Virus record (IMG/VR): IMGVR_UViG_3300027891_000005
Coordinates: 10,400-74,399 of that record
Origin: a virus
Length of the DNA stretch: 64,000 bases
Direction: 5' to 3' (one strand)
In this document: one piece after another, positions 1 to 9,928 of the stretch
Layout of the letters: the number at the start of each line of letters is the position of its first letter
Position numbering within the stretch: the first letter of the stretch is position 1
The notes under the pieces: generated by a model
The model's input: the letters and a program-made list of their open reading frames with translations, nothing else
What the model was told of the DNA's origin: nothing
Databases searched by the model: none
Translations under genes and position numbers: made by a program

Positions 1-449
1 CACTCACGCATTAACTCATCCGCCATCTCGTTAACGGTCTGAAGAAATTTATCATACTCCCTAAAAATAAAATAACTCTTTTCCTTTGTGCTTAATTCTA
101 TTTTATAATAGATTTTATCTGGCATATGATGCCTAACCCGTTCCAGTTTTAATTTAAGTATGCCGTTCTCGATCCAAATGTCTAATTTGAATATAGCAAT
201 GGCATCGATTTTTTGGTATTGGTATTCCATAGGCAAATAGTCTTCGCCAATTAAATCAATCCCGCTTTCCCGAAAACAGATAATTACGGAAGACGGACCT
301 TTATCGGCAAAGTCGGAATATTCGGAAAGCTTTTCATTTAAATATTCATAACAGTGAAACAAATCGCCGGCGTAGGAGTCCGTATATTTGGCAGCATACC
401 GGACAAGCGCGTCTTTTATGTCCGCCCAATTCGTCCCGCCTTCCGTTAC
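1..449 (-). CDS. Hypothetical protein, partial (runs off left edge)
   Basis: ATG at 449 after a GAGGGGTG SD; frame stays open to base 1 (MYPRLIRFKDFYPASDNKRW...); not in ORF track. Confidence 0.6.
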
Positions 450-563
450 CCATCTTTTATTATCTGAAGCCGGATAAAAATCCTTGAACCTGATTAGTCT
501 CGGATACATGGTGTCAACACCCCTCATTATAATTTACGACATCTTTTGTATGTCGTAATCCAT

Positions 564-827
564 TTACAAATCATCTTCTTCGTTTTCCGTATTGTTAAAT
601 ATCCCGGACAGCTTTTTAAAATCGGCGTCGATTTCATCGGTGAGCCGGGCTATCTCGGCCTTTATGGCTTTGGAGTTTGGTTCGCAGCCGAATTTGTTTT
701 TAATCTCGGCAGACAGGTTCTTAATATCTTTCTCAGTAACCCGTATCTGTTCCTCCGTACGGATTTTCTCAGCCTCTTGCTTAGACACGAGCTTCCTGTA
801 ATGGTTAAGCGTTTCGACAGTATTAAT
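564..827 (-). CDS. Small coiled-coil protein downstream of the SbcDC fusion
   Basis: Track ORF 564-788; frame is open to ATT at 827, 7 nt after an AAGGGGG SD. Confidence 0.6.
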   Translation of the reverse strand: MNTVETLNHYRKLVSKQEAEKIRTEEQIRVTEKDIKNLSAEIKNKFGCEPNSKAIKAEIARLTDEIDADFKKLSGIFNNTENEEDDL

Positions 828-846
828 AACGGCGCCCCCTTATAAT

Positions 847-3057
847 CTACATAGCCCTGTTGCATAACGGGCATACCTCCAATAAGTCAAAAACCTTATC
901 GTAATCACGCTGATAGCCCTCTTGCTGCTCGGTTATATTGACTAAGTTATTTTTTAATAATTTCAGGCCGCTATAAAGGCCGGTCAATTTGTTGTTTTCG
1001 GCGGAAAGGTTTTTAAATAAAACCATGTTTGTTTCTATCTTTTGAATAAGGGCATTCAGATCTATGACTGGGAACTCCTTTTTATTTAAATCAGATAATT
1101 TATTTTTTGAATCTTTAAGGCCGTCAAATAAGAATTCAAGCTGCCCCTGCGCCTGAATGTTTTTCGAGATTTTATTAATTAATCCGGTAGCCTGATCGGT
1201 ATCAATCAGATTATCAAGATATTCTTTTTTCTCTTTCAGGACTTTATATGCTGAGCTTAGTTTCTCGTATAGCCCCTGCAACTCGGTTAGCTGATCGTTA
1301 TTCTTTTTTATTGCGGCATAGAGGTCCTTGTACTCTAAAATCTCCCTGCGGTAGCCCCCGAGGCCGGCGTACTGTTTTAAATGCTCTATCGTGGTTTCAA
1401 GGTCAAGCCTCTTTGATTTTATGTCCTTGTTCTTGGACATAAACGACTTCCGTATTTCCCGGATAGCCAGGTCTACGGCGTCTATATCTATTAGATGGCC
1501 CAGCACGGCTGCCCGGTCATATCCGGAAGCGCCGATAAAGAACGGGGGATCGTGTTGCAGCGCGACGTTGGGAGTGACCGTATAGTTTTTTGTAAAGGAT
1601 ATAGCCGGTACCTGTGACGCGTTCAGCACATTAATCGGCATCTCCTTGAATTTTTCGAACTCGGTTTCCGTGCCGTCGGCTTCGCGGACAATGTATTTCC
1701 CGGTATTGGATAGGGTACGCATACGCTTTACCCTTACCCCGTTTGTATACTCTACCTCTACGGAACAGGACTTGGCGCCTGCGCGGATGAACCCGGCGCC
1801 TTTAGGGCTGTCCTCAAATACCCAGTCAAGCGCCCGGACTATGGCCGTCTTGCCTTTATGGGAGGCGCCGACGATTACGTTTAGCCCATCTTCAAACTCA
1901 ATAGTTTGATCCTGGTAGCTCTGAAAGTTCTTTATTATTACGCGCTGAATGGCTATATTGGCCTGCTCTTCTTTATAGCCTTTAAACGCGAGGTCATTGC
2001 TGTCCGCAATCTGTGTCAGCTTGGCATCTTCCACATATTTTTTAGCCTGCTGTTTCACGCCGTCTTCGAGGTTGTCTTCCTTGGCAATGTCATTGATAAT
2101 ATCATTGAGATCCCTGGCATTACTGATATTCTGGGAAAGTTTTTTCGAATAGCCTTTAAGGGCGGCCGCGGTCTGCGCGTTCGCCTTATTGGTATTGAAA
2201 TCAAATATGGTTTTATAAGGCTGCGCGCATTTTATTTCTTCTAATTGATAAGTTAAAGCGCCATTTTTAATATCTACAACATAATAATTGACGTTGCGGC
2301 TGCATATAGAATTCCGGCCGAACGAACCGGGGTTTAAGAATACAGAATGGTTCCCACTTGCCCTATGCATTTTTTTAACTTCGAAACCGTCATGATAATG
2401 GCCGGATAAAATTAAATCAGGTTTATATATCTTTGCGTCGTTAAGAATATCATCGATAGAAGTACAATAAACAATAGATTTGCTTTTATTTTTTGCGTCT
2501 TTCTTTTTCTTTTCCAAATTCGGATCCGTGCAGCTCACGAATGGGAAAGCAGATGAAGGCAACAGCATTCCGTGGACAACAAGGATATTGAATTTACTTA
2601 AATCATACTCCTTCATACCATAATCGATATGGATATTTTCTTTGAGCATGTCCATATCGGGATAGTGCCGGCAGCCCTCGATATAAATGCTGCCGTCGTC
2701 TATTGCTGTACCGATATCTCTATCCAGTAATGTCATTACGCCCGAACGGCAGGCATAGCCCAGCATCGTATTGTTAAGGGCGTCATAGTTATACCCTACG
2801 GTATCATGGCTGCCGGGTACGCAGTACCACGGCTTGTTAGTAGCCTTTACCTCCCGGTTGAACGCGCCCGCAAGCTCTACCGATATACGGGGCTTGTCCG
2901 TCCAATCCCCGCCGCATATCACGTAATCAGGGTCGTGCTTATTTATGTCCGCGCATAAATTCTGAAACTTTTTTAGCAAGGCCTCCGGATAATTATCCGT
3001 CCGGCTGGCCGGGGTCTTGTCCGTTATGTGTGGATCCGTGAAGAAAATTAACTTCAT
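847..3057 (-). CDS. Fusion of SbcD/Mre11-like metallophosphoesterase with the N-terminal half of an SbcC/Rad50 ATPase
   Basis: Nuclease motifs TDPH, GGDWTD, GSHD, VHG, GHYH, NPGS; then IQRVIIKNFQSY, Walker A GASHKGKT, coiled coil and terminal CPLC hook. Confidence 0.85.
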   Translation of the reverse strand: MKLIFFTDPHITDKTPASRTDNYPEALLKKFQNLCADINKHDPDYVICGGDWTDKPRISVELAGAFNREVKATNKPWYCVPGSHDTVGYNYDALNNTMLGYACRSGVMTLLDRDIGTAIDDGSIYIEGCRHYPDMDMLKENIHIDYGMKEYDLSKFNILVVHGMLLPSSAFPFVSCTDPNLEKKKKDAKNKSKSIVYCTSIDDILNDAKIYKPDLILSGHYHDGFEVKKMHRASGNHSVFLNPGSFGRNSICSRNVNYYVVDIKNGALTYQLEEIKCAQPYKTIFDFNTNKANAQTAAALKGYSKKLSQNISNARDLNDIINDIAKEDNLEDGVKQQAKKYVEDAKLTQIADSNDLAFKGYKEEQANIAIQRVIIKNFQSYQDQTIEFEDGLNVIVGASHKGKTAIVRALDWVFEDSPKGAGFIRAGAKSCSVEVEYTNGVRVKRMRTLSNTGKYIVREADGTETEFEKFKEMPINVLNASQVPAISFTKNYTVTPNVALQHDPPFFIGASGYDRAAVLGHLIDIDAVDLAIREIRKSFMSKNKDIKSKRLDLETTIEHLKQYAGLGGYRREILEYKDLYAAIKKNNDQLTELQGLYEKLSSAYKVLKEKKEYLDNLIDTDQATGLINKISKNIQAQGQLEFLFDGLKDSKNKLSDLNKKEFPVIDLNALIQKIETNMVLFKNLSAENNKLTGLYSGLKLLKNNLVNITEQQEGYQRDYDKVFDLLEVCPLCNRAM

Positions 3058-3305
3058 GAGGCGACCGCCTTTTTTTGTTTTTGATGTTCTATATACTGCT
3101 TCCAGTATTCAAATTCAAATTGCGTTCCATTTTTGGTTTCAATAAAATCCTGATCACATTTGCAATTAAAGCAAAACATCGTTTTGACGTGCCCCGACTC
3201 CCTTTTGCTAAACCTTAGCCGCGGCACTATAAATACCTTGCCGCAGGACATGCAATGGCAGGGGCTGAGGAAAAGTTGCGTTGAATTTCTATAAGTAACT
3301 TTCAT
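3054..3305 (-). CDS. Small zinc-ribbon protein (bL33-like pattern)
   Basis: CMSC...RESGHVKTMFCFNC; ATG at 3305 after GGAAGGCGGTG. Confidence 0.6.
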   Translation of the reverse strand: MKVTYRNSTQLFLSPCHCMSCGKVFIVPRLRFSKRESGHVKTMFCFNCKCDQDFIETKNGTQFEFEYWKQYIEHQKQKKAVAS

Positions 3306-3370
3306 ATTTTCACCGCCTTCCAATAAAACAGGCCCCAGTCAATAACTATATACTGACCAGGGGCCTTGCG

Positions 3371-4060
3371 TTAGTCTGCGTTATCTTCTTTATCCTTTTT
3401 GGATTCAAGATAATTAATTACTATATTAGCTTCATTTTCTGTAGGTCTTTTCCCGTTCCTTTTCTTTAACGCCGGTCTGCCTATGTTTTCGATTAAATAA
3501 TCGCGGTATTTATTTTTATCGATTACTTTGGTCTGATACAGCTCCCTAATGCGGTCCATTTGATCCTGCGTAGCCGACGGGCCTTCAAAGGCGGCCATCT
3601 CTTCCGCGGTCAGTATCGGTATGTTCAAGTAATTGCGCAGCGCACGGCCAATGGCCCTAGTTCCAGCCATCCTAAGCATGTGCGGCCTAATATATTTATT
3701 CGGCACGCTTTCGGGTGACGCGTCCCCGATATCGGAAAAAGTGCAACATTCCACATTGCCGGCATATTTATTATATTGCACGCCTTTTATAATTGCCTTG
3801 ACGGCCGCATAATTTCCGTTTTCTTTTGATGGGACAGAAATAACGACCATATCCAGTATTTCAAAAGGCCCGCGCTCATGGGCCAGGGCCACCAGCCCGT
3901 CAACAGCAATATAATCGTCGTCCCCTTTCACTTCACCAACGACGAAACGGTCTAAAAACTCCTGTGTCAGGTTAGGCCTGTCCTGTTTAGTTATATCCCA
4001 TCCTTTGCCGCTCACCCAGGGCGGCGGCGCCCCTGCTTCTAATTTCTTCGGTACGGCCAG
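3371..4060 (-). CDS. Rad52/Sak-like single-strand annealing protein
   Basis: YIAVDGLVALAH...FSDIGDASP...HMLRMAGTRAIGRALR; probable CTG start 6 nt after a GGGGGTG SD. Confidence 0.6.
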   Translation of the reverse strand: MAVPKKLEAGAPPPWVSGKGWDITKQDRPNLTQEFLDRFVVGEVKGDDDYIAVDGLVALAHERGPFEILDMVVISVPSKENGNYAAVKAIIKGVQYNKYAGNVECCTFSDIGDASPESVPNKYIRPHMLRMAGTRAIGRALRNYLNIPILTAEEMAAFEGPSATQDQMDRIRELYQTKVIDKNKYRDYLIENIGRPALKKRNGKRPTENEANIVINYLESKKDKEDNAD

Positions 4061-4095
4061 GTTAAACACCCCCAAATAAAAAATGTAAAAAAAGA

Positions 4096-4106
4096 CGGCT
4101 TTGCCG
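4096..4106 (-). promoter_or_regulatory. Hairpin motif A (GGC-AAA-GCC)
   Basis: CGGC AAA GCCG, ~36 nt upstream of the annealing-protein start. Confidence 0.5.
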
Positions 4107-4270
4107 ATTAATCTACCATACTCGTCGGAACCGTGTGTGTTACCCCATAGCATGAACTGAGGATGATGCTACATATCTATTAAATTCCAATTTCTCCATT
4201 AATTATTAATATACATACATTACGCGAATATATATAATTCTGCGTATGATTACAAAAGGAGAATCATCTT

Positions 4271-4576
4271 ATGGAACGATTTCTAATTGAGATACGGCAG
4301 ACTCGTTTATACCACGTTGCGATTAACGCTGATTCAGAAGAAGAAGCTATAGCGTTAGCTGAAAAACGTTATAACATAGAAAATATCGATGAGCCACTGG
4401 ACTTATTCTATAGTAACTATACTATTTGTGGCCCTGAAGAAGATGAAGGCGAACCTATGTCAGCCCCGCCGGGGAGTTATAAAATCCTTGAAGTTCCAGT
4501 AACATTCGATAAAGATAAAAATATGATAATAGATGAAAAATATCAACAAATTATTAATAATTATCGGCGAAAATAA
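4271..4576 (+). CDS. DpnD/PcfM-like small protein
   Basis: FLIEIRQTRLYHVAINADSEEEAIALAEKRY pattern; AAAAGGAGA SD. Confidence 0.6.
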   Translation: MERFLIEIRQTRLYHVAINADSEEEAIALAEKRYNIENIDEPLDLFYSNYTICGPEEDEGEPMSAPPGSYKILEVPVTFDKDKNMIIDEKYQQIINNYRRK

Positions 4577-4585
4577 ATCAATCAG

Positions 4586-5260
4586 TTATTTTATCTGCCA
4601 GTCTATAGTGCCCCTGCCATGCTTCGTTAGGTATTCGTTAGCCATGGAGAAATGCTTATATTTTATGAACGTGTCGCCTTGCCCTGTCATTGGGCTTGGG
4701 TGCAGGCCGCGGATAACAAAATGGTACATACCATTTATAAATTCAGCCTTCCGGCGCGCCTTATGGCCCCATAGGAAGAATACCTTTTTTGATTCATGAT
4801 CGCTAAGTATCTTTATAACGGCATCTGTAAAGCTTTCCCAACCGGCGTCGGCATGTGAGTCGCTTTTGCTGGCCCTTACGGTCAGCGAGGCGTTTAGCAA
4901 AAACACGCCCTGTTTTGCCCATGGTATCAGGCAGCCGTTGGACTTGCTCATCTCGCAGCCTATGTCGTTTTCAATAGCCAAATATATATTGCGGAGCGAC
5001 GGCGGTATTTTAACGCCTTTATTTACCGAGAAGGACAAGCCGTGGGCCTCCCCCGCGTTTATATATGGGTCCTGTCCGATTATGACTACCTTAACATCGT
5101 CAAGGGGCGTCAGCCGGAAGGCATTATATATGTCTTCCGACGGCGGGTAAATGGTTTCATTGGCATACTCGTCTTTTAAAAACTTCCGGAGTTTTTTGTA
5201 ATAGGCTTTGTTAAACTCGCCTTGTAGAGCGTCTTGCCAGTCTTTAGATAAATTAACCAT
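4586..5260 (-). CDS. ung: Uracil-DNA glycosylase (family 1)
   Basis: IIGQDPY, GLSFSV, IPPSLRNIY, GVFLLN, LHPSP motifs. Confidence 0.95.
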   Translation of the reverse strand: MVNLSKDWQDALQGEFNKAYYKKLRKFLKDEYANETIYPPSEDIYNAFRLTPLDDVKVVIIGQDPYINAGEAHGLSFSVNKGVKIPPSLRNIYLAIENDIGCEMSKSNGCLIPWAKQGVFLLNASLTVRASKSDSHADAGWESFTDAVIKILSDHESKKVFFLWGHKARRKAEFINGMYHFVIRGLHPSPMTGQGDTFIKYKHFSMANEYLTKHGRGTIDWQIK

Positions 5261-5270
5261 AACGCCCCCA

Positions 5271-5510
5271 TTAAATTATAGATATTTCGAAGATTTCCCA
5301 ATGGCTAACAATACTAAAAGCATTTATCCATGCAGAACTTTCTTCCAATTCACATTCGGCTATTTCGTCAGGATGAAGGTTAGGTTCTATTTCTTGCAAA
5401 AATACGTTATTATAATCATCAGTCATTGCTTTTCTGGCCTGTTCAGGCGTATCGAATATTTTTGGGGGCACAAATTTATTATTATAGTAGATAAGCAATA
5501 CATATTTCAT
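5271..5510 (-). CDS. Hypothetical protein
   Basis: 79-aa ORF in operon context. Confidence 0.6.
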   Translation of the reverse strand: MKYVLLIYYNNKFVPPKIFDTPEQARKAMTDDYNNVFLQEIEPNLHPDEIAECELEESSAWINAFSIVSHWEIFEISII

Positions 5511-5523
5511 TTAATCATCCTCG

Positions 5524-6060
5524 TTAACTCCCCTTATAGAGTAAATGATATACGCCTTTGGAGTAATTATCGTCAAACCAATGCCATATTTCTTCCCGGG
5601 ATGTTCCGGCTTTAAAAAGCCACCAGTCATTTTCCAGGGACATGTCGGTATCCGGTTTAGAATCGTTAAATGGGACATTCGCAAACTCGTCCCATCTTTC
5701 TCTGATATATTTATCTCTTTCCGGTTTTAATAAGCCTTCCAGATGCTTACGCGTATCGTCATCCAAACCCGGGATGTCAAATGTAAAATCATCGTATCCG
5801 TTACCGCCTTTGGAATGAATGGCATAATTGTAAGTGCCGAAAAGCGTTACCATGTTGTCCTCAAAATCATAACTCAGATAAAGGTTGATATAATCCTCAT
5901 TTTCATTCGTATGTACATGGACGCCTTCAAAATATTCGTCCGGGTTAAAATAGACTGGGATATTAAAACTGATTTCCGTATCTGATCCCCAGCACCCGTC
6001 CGTAAGCTCCATATTCTCTAGTAAGGGTTTTAACAGCTTGCTCATTTCAAATGGTTCCAT
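5524..6060 (-). CDS. Hypothetical protein
   Basis: 178 aa; C-terminal WLFKAGTSREEIWHWFD motif familiar from Clostridial mobile elements. Confidence 0.65.
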   Translation of the reverse strand: MEPFEMSKLLKPLLENMELTDGCWGSDTEISFNIPVYFNPDEYFEGVHVHTNENEDYINLYLSYDFEDNMVTLFGTYNYAIHSKGGNGYDDFTFDIPGLDDDTRKHLEGLLKPERDKYIRERWDEFANVPFNDSKPDTDMSLENDWWLFKAGTSREEIWHWFDDNYSKGVYHLLYKGS

Positions 6061-6603
6061 TTACGCCTCCAACATGGTCGTTTTATATTTCCTGCCGCCG
6101 TAATATTGCGGCTCGTTTTTTATATGTGCTTTATAAACGGACATTTGCCCATTAATATATTCGGCAGGGTATTCCGGCAGGCAGAACCCGGAGAGCTTTT
6201 TGCCTGTATAATACGATGTTATCTTAGACAGCCGGTCAATGTCAAAAGCCGGCGCCGGGCATTGCCCAAGCTCCTTGCGATAATACTTCGTATAGGAAGC
6301 AATGTTGGGGATATATTTTTCAATATAATTTATTTTTTTTTCTTCCGGTTCCTCTTTTTCCTTCATGTCCTGAATAAATAGAATAGCTGTGCGGATATTA
6401 AACGCCAATGGGTGTATCCCGTGCCAATGCGCGCCGTAATAGAACGCGGGGTCCGTTTGCCGGTTCTTCCATATGTCGCAGGACTGTTTAATGTCCTCGC
6501 TGCCAGCAAAGCATTTGCCTTTTACAAGGGAGCATTTTGTAAAACAGCTATAGCAGCCGCTCAATTCATATACCGCCTCCCGGCCGGAGTTAAGGCCCGG
6601 CAT
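6061..6603 (-). CDS. Hypothetical Cys-containing protein
   Basis: 180-aa ORF abutting its neighbours. Confidence 0.55.
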   Translation of the reverse strand: MPGLNSGREAVYELSGCYSCFTKCSLVKGKCFAGSEDIKQSCDIWKNRQTDPAFYYGAHWHGIHPLAFNIRTAILFIQDMKEKEEPEEKKINYIEKYIPNIASYTKYYRKELGQCPAPAFDIDRLSKITSYYTGKKLSGFCLPEYPAEYINGQMSVYKAHIKNEPQYYGGRKYKTTMLEA

Positions 6604-6633
6604 GTAATAAAATAGTTTTTTCGATTTTAACAG

Positions 6634-7194
6634 TTAAATCAAATCCTCAGGGGCATCCAAACCCCAGCGGTCCCATTTCTCTATCGCTTCCGTTGAAAAT
6701 AATTCTATCCGCGGGAGATCCCCGCAAAGTTTTACGATCCGTTCCCGTACCTCACCCGGTTTCTTTGAATGTTTGCTTATGGGGGCGGCCACAGTGCTGT
6801 GTACCGAGGCGCTCTCGCGCTTGGGTTTCCCCCTGGTGGCAAGAAGGCATACTTCAGAAGAGGATCTTGTCCAATTTCCCATACCCCAAAACCATGTATC
6901 AGACATTCGGTTCTTTTTAACCCAATTGAAGGCGACAGTTTTATATTGAAACGACCATGCTTTTATAACGTCTAAACCTTCTTGCAGCATAGGGAACGTG
7001 ACCCATAGGAACAAAACAGAATCCTTGCCGGCAATATTCGAAACAGGGAGATCTTTGATCTCATGCGGCCTTAAGCACGGGTATTTATATCCGGCGCCGC
7101 GTTCCCCCGAATGGCATTTGTCATTGTAAAACCACGGCGGATCCGCCAAGATGATATTATATTTATTTGCAGTATTAAAAATATCAACCTTCAT
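6634..7194 (-). CDS. MT-A70 family adenine methyltransferase
   Basis: ILADPPW catalytic motif, LFLWVT, HSKKP, RIELF. Confidence 0.9.
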   Translation of the reverse strand: MKVDIFNTANKYNIILADPPWFYNDKCHSGERGAGYKYPCLRPHEIKDLPVSNIAGKDSVLFLWVTFPMLQEGLDVIKAWSFQYKTVAFNWVKKNRMSDTWFWGMGNWTRSSSEVCLLATRGKPKRESASVHSTVAAPISKHSKKPGEVRERIVKLCGDLPRIELFSTEAIEKWDRWGLDAPEDLI

Positions 7195-7838
7195 AAGTCT
7201 GCCTTTTTAAGAGACTCCATATGGATTTTGCTGCTGGTCGCCTCTATCTGCCCCTGGTATTTGCTTGCCTTTATGTCACCATACATTTTATCGGCCACCT
7301 CCGCCTGTTCAAAATGGACGTGCGCTATCTTCATGTCTTTATATATTTTAATATAGTATGGAGAGTCATTCTGGATCTCAAATGTTACCGTGCCGCGGAA
7401 CCCCGCGTCTATAAGCCCGGCGTCCTCTGTCTTAATCGCTACCCTGGCTATGGAGCTTCGTCCTTGTACAAATGCCACTATGCCAGCCGGGATGTTTAAC
7501 ACTTCATTTGACGCCATGAGGATAAATTCGTTAGGCTGCAATATATAAAAATCCTCGAACTCCCCTTCGTCATATAGGATAGGCTTGTCTAAGTCTATAA
7601 ACATGCCGAGCAACCTGGAGGAACAAATGAATTTATCGAATATATCGTTAAACTGGATGCTTGCGTGTTCTTCATCGTTCATATATGAATTCGGCCGCAG
7701 CTTTTTCCATGTGCCGCCTAACGTCAGGTCAAAAGAATTCGGGCGTACCTGATAGTCTATTTGCTCCGGCGTCAAAAGACCATCAATCAAGAGCCCTTGC
7801 CTGTTGTACTCTATTATGCTTTTGTCGCATAAAATCAT
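7191..7838 (-). CDS. dcd: dCTP deaminase
   Basis: PNSFDLTL, VQGRSSIAR, AGLIDAGFRGTVTFEI, KYQGQ; ATG at 7838. Confidence 0.9.
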   Translation of the reverse strand: MILCDKSIIEYNRQGLLIDGLLTPEQIDYQVRPNSFDLTLGGTWKKLRPNSYMNDEEHASIQFNDIFDKFICSSRLLGMFIDLDKPILYDEGEFEDFYILQPNEFILMASNEVLNIPAGIVAFVQGRSSIARVAIKTEDAGLIDAGFRGTVTFEIQNDSPYYIKIYKDMKIAHVHFEQAEVADKMYGDIKASKYQGQIEATSSKIHMESLKKADL

Positions 7839-7904
7839 ATGTATTTTCTCCCTATTCCTCTTACGCCCTGGCCTTTTTAAAAGCTGCAAACCAATGTTTC
7901 AGAT

Positions 7905-9836
7905 TCATACTCCCACCTCAATGTTCGTAACATACGCCGGATCAATCTCATTCAGGAAACGCGACGGGGGTATCCTTACGTAAGCTTTCTTTGCGGTATT
8001 GAAGGTGTTGCGGGAACGCGTCAGATACAAGTATTTCTCGGCCCTTGTCATTCCTACATAGAAAAGCCTGCGCTCTTCCTCAAGCTCGTCCTCTGACGCC
8101 TGTAAGGCGAAAGCATGTGGCAATAGGCCGTCATTGCACCCAATTAAGAATACGTGCGCAAATTCAAGCCCTTTAGAGGAATGAAGGGTCATAACCTTTA
8201 CTGTATCGGTGTCAGGATCGTCTTCCGGCTCTATGGCCAGGTTTAACGACAATATAAAATCTTCTACCGTTGGGTCGTTTATTTCTTTTTCGTATTCTTT
8301 GGCAAAATCCATCAGGGTATTGATATTCAACAGCCTGTCTGAATCTTTGTCGTCATCGGAATTAATAAGGTCTTTGCCGTACTCTGTATTGGCCAGCACA
8401 TAATTGATAAATTCGGAAGGGGTAAGTTCGGCCTCGCATATAGCCCTGACCTCCCTTAAGCAAGCGTCAAGGCCCTTTGTAGGCTTGCTGTATTTAACCG
8501 CGGCCCTTAAAAGGGAAAGGTTGGACTGCGCCGCATAATGTTTAAGGTTATTGACCATTGTTTTTCCGACGCCCGGCGCATTGTTAAATATGCGCTCGAC
8601 AGAAATATTGTCTTTTTTATTGATATAAAGTTTCATATAAGCAAGGATGTCTTTGATTTCTTTCCTGTTAAAAAATGATATGCCGCCCACGATTGTATAA
8701 GGCACCTGCAAGGCACGCAGCGCGTTCTCGACTTCGATATTCTGCTTATTGGTCCTGAACAATATGGCGATGTCCTTAGGCTGGTTGCCTTTGGAGATAA
8801 TATTGTGTATATTAAGGGCCACATTCTTAGCTTCCTCAATAGGCGTGGCATAGGAGCTGGATTTAATTTTCTCGCCGGGGGCGTTGGTAGTGAAGCAATT
8901 AAGCTCTACCCTTTTTGTGTTATGCCTTATCAATGACTCCGCGGCATTGACTATAGTTTTAGTAGACCTATAGTTTTGCCCGAGGTTCATGACCTTTCCG
9001 GAATACTCGACGAAATAGTCGGGCTTGGCGTTGCGCCACCCATATATGCTTTGATCAGTATCCCCGACGAACATCTTGTTATTGTTCGTAAGCATATCTG
9101 TAAGCCTGAGTTGCAACATGTTGGTGTCTTGGCATTCGTCAACGCTGATATATTTGAACTGTACCTGTTCGCGGACATCTTTGTGCCTGCGCAGCAGGAT
9201 ATAGCAGTAAAACATCATGTCGTCGAAATCAATCAGCTTGTGCTTCCAGCACTGCCTTTGATAGTTGTCATATATATTATAAATGTTGCGGTTAAGGTTT
9301 TCTTCCGGCACGCCTATCTGGATGCCGGCTTGGAATTTTGACGGGCTAATTAAATTGTTTTTTAAATCGCTTATTTTATTTTTAAAAAACCTAACCGTTT
9401 GTTCTTTCTGATCGCCCTGCGATACGTATTCATTGATAAGGTCCTTGATTATTTTTTTGGAGTCCTCCTCATCGATGATTGAAAATTTAGCAAGGCCAAT
9501 CCTGTCGCCGTAGCCTCTTAATATGTCAAGGGATATTTTATGGAACGTGCCTACGGTTATCTTCCGGACTATGCTGTTAGGGTATACCCCTTTGAGCCTA
9601 CCGACAAGGGAAGCCGCGGCTTTGTTTGTAAAGGTTACAAGGCATATGTCTTTCGGGTTTATACCAGACTCTATTAAATCGATAGTCCTTGCTATAATAA
9701 CCCGGCTCTTGCCGCTTCCCGGCCCGGAGCTTATAAAAGAATCCTCATTCCTTGTCTCGGCCAATACCGCTTTTTGCTGAGGGTTCAAACTTTTTATAAT
9801 TTCATTTGCGTTTTCTTGATAAGCTAAATTACGCAT
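7905..9836 (-). CDS. pcrA: UvrD/PcrA-like SF1 helicase
   Basis: GPGSGKS, VDECQDTN, GDTDQSIYGWR, NYRST, TLHSSKGLEF, EERRLFYVGMTRA. Confidence 0.92.
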   Translation of the reverse strand: MRNLAYQENANEIIKSLNPQQKAVLAETRNEDSFISSGPGSGKSRVIIARTIDLIESGINPKDICLVTFTNKAAASLVGRLKGVYPNSIVRKITVGTFHKISLDILRGYGDRIGLAKFSIIDEEDSKKIIKDLINEYVSQGDQKEQTVRFFKNKISDLKNNLISPSKFQAGIQIGVPEENLNRNIYNIYDNYQRQCWKHKLIDFDDMMFYCYILLRRHKDVREQVQFKYISVDECQDTNMLQLRLTDMLTNNNKMFVGDTDQSIYGWRNAKPDYFVEYSGKVMNLGQNYRSTKTIVNAAESLIRHNTKRVELNCFTTNAPGEKIKSSSYATPIEEAKNVALNIHNIISKGNQPKDIAILFRTNKQNIEVENALRALQVPYTIVGGISFFNRKEIKDILAYMKLYINKKDNISVERIFNNAPGVGKTMVNNLKHYAAQSNLSLLRAAVKYSKPTKGLDACLREVRAICEAELTPSEFINYVLANTEYGKDLINSDDDKDSDRLLNINTLMDFAKEYEKEINDPTVEDFILSLNLAIEPEDDPDTDTVKVMTLHSSKGLEFAHVFLIGCNDGLLPHAFALQASEDELEEERRLFYVGMTRAEKYLYLTRSRNTFNTAKKAYVRIPPSRFLNEIDPAYVTNIEVGV

Positions 9837-9898
9837 AATTTTAATCCCCTTTTAGTTTTTTTTATATCACCTCTTTCTTAAATACATATAAAACAAAA

Positions 9899-9909
9899 CG
9901 GCTTTGCCG
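9899..9909 (-). promoter_or_regulatory. Hairpin motif A
   Basis: CGGC AAA GCCG between recA and pcrA. Confidence 0.5.
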
Positions 9910-9928
9910 ACGAGGGCGGGCAGGCGGT

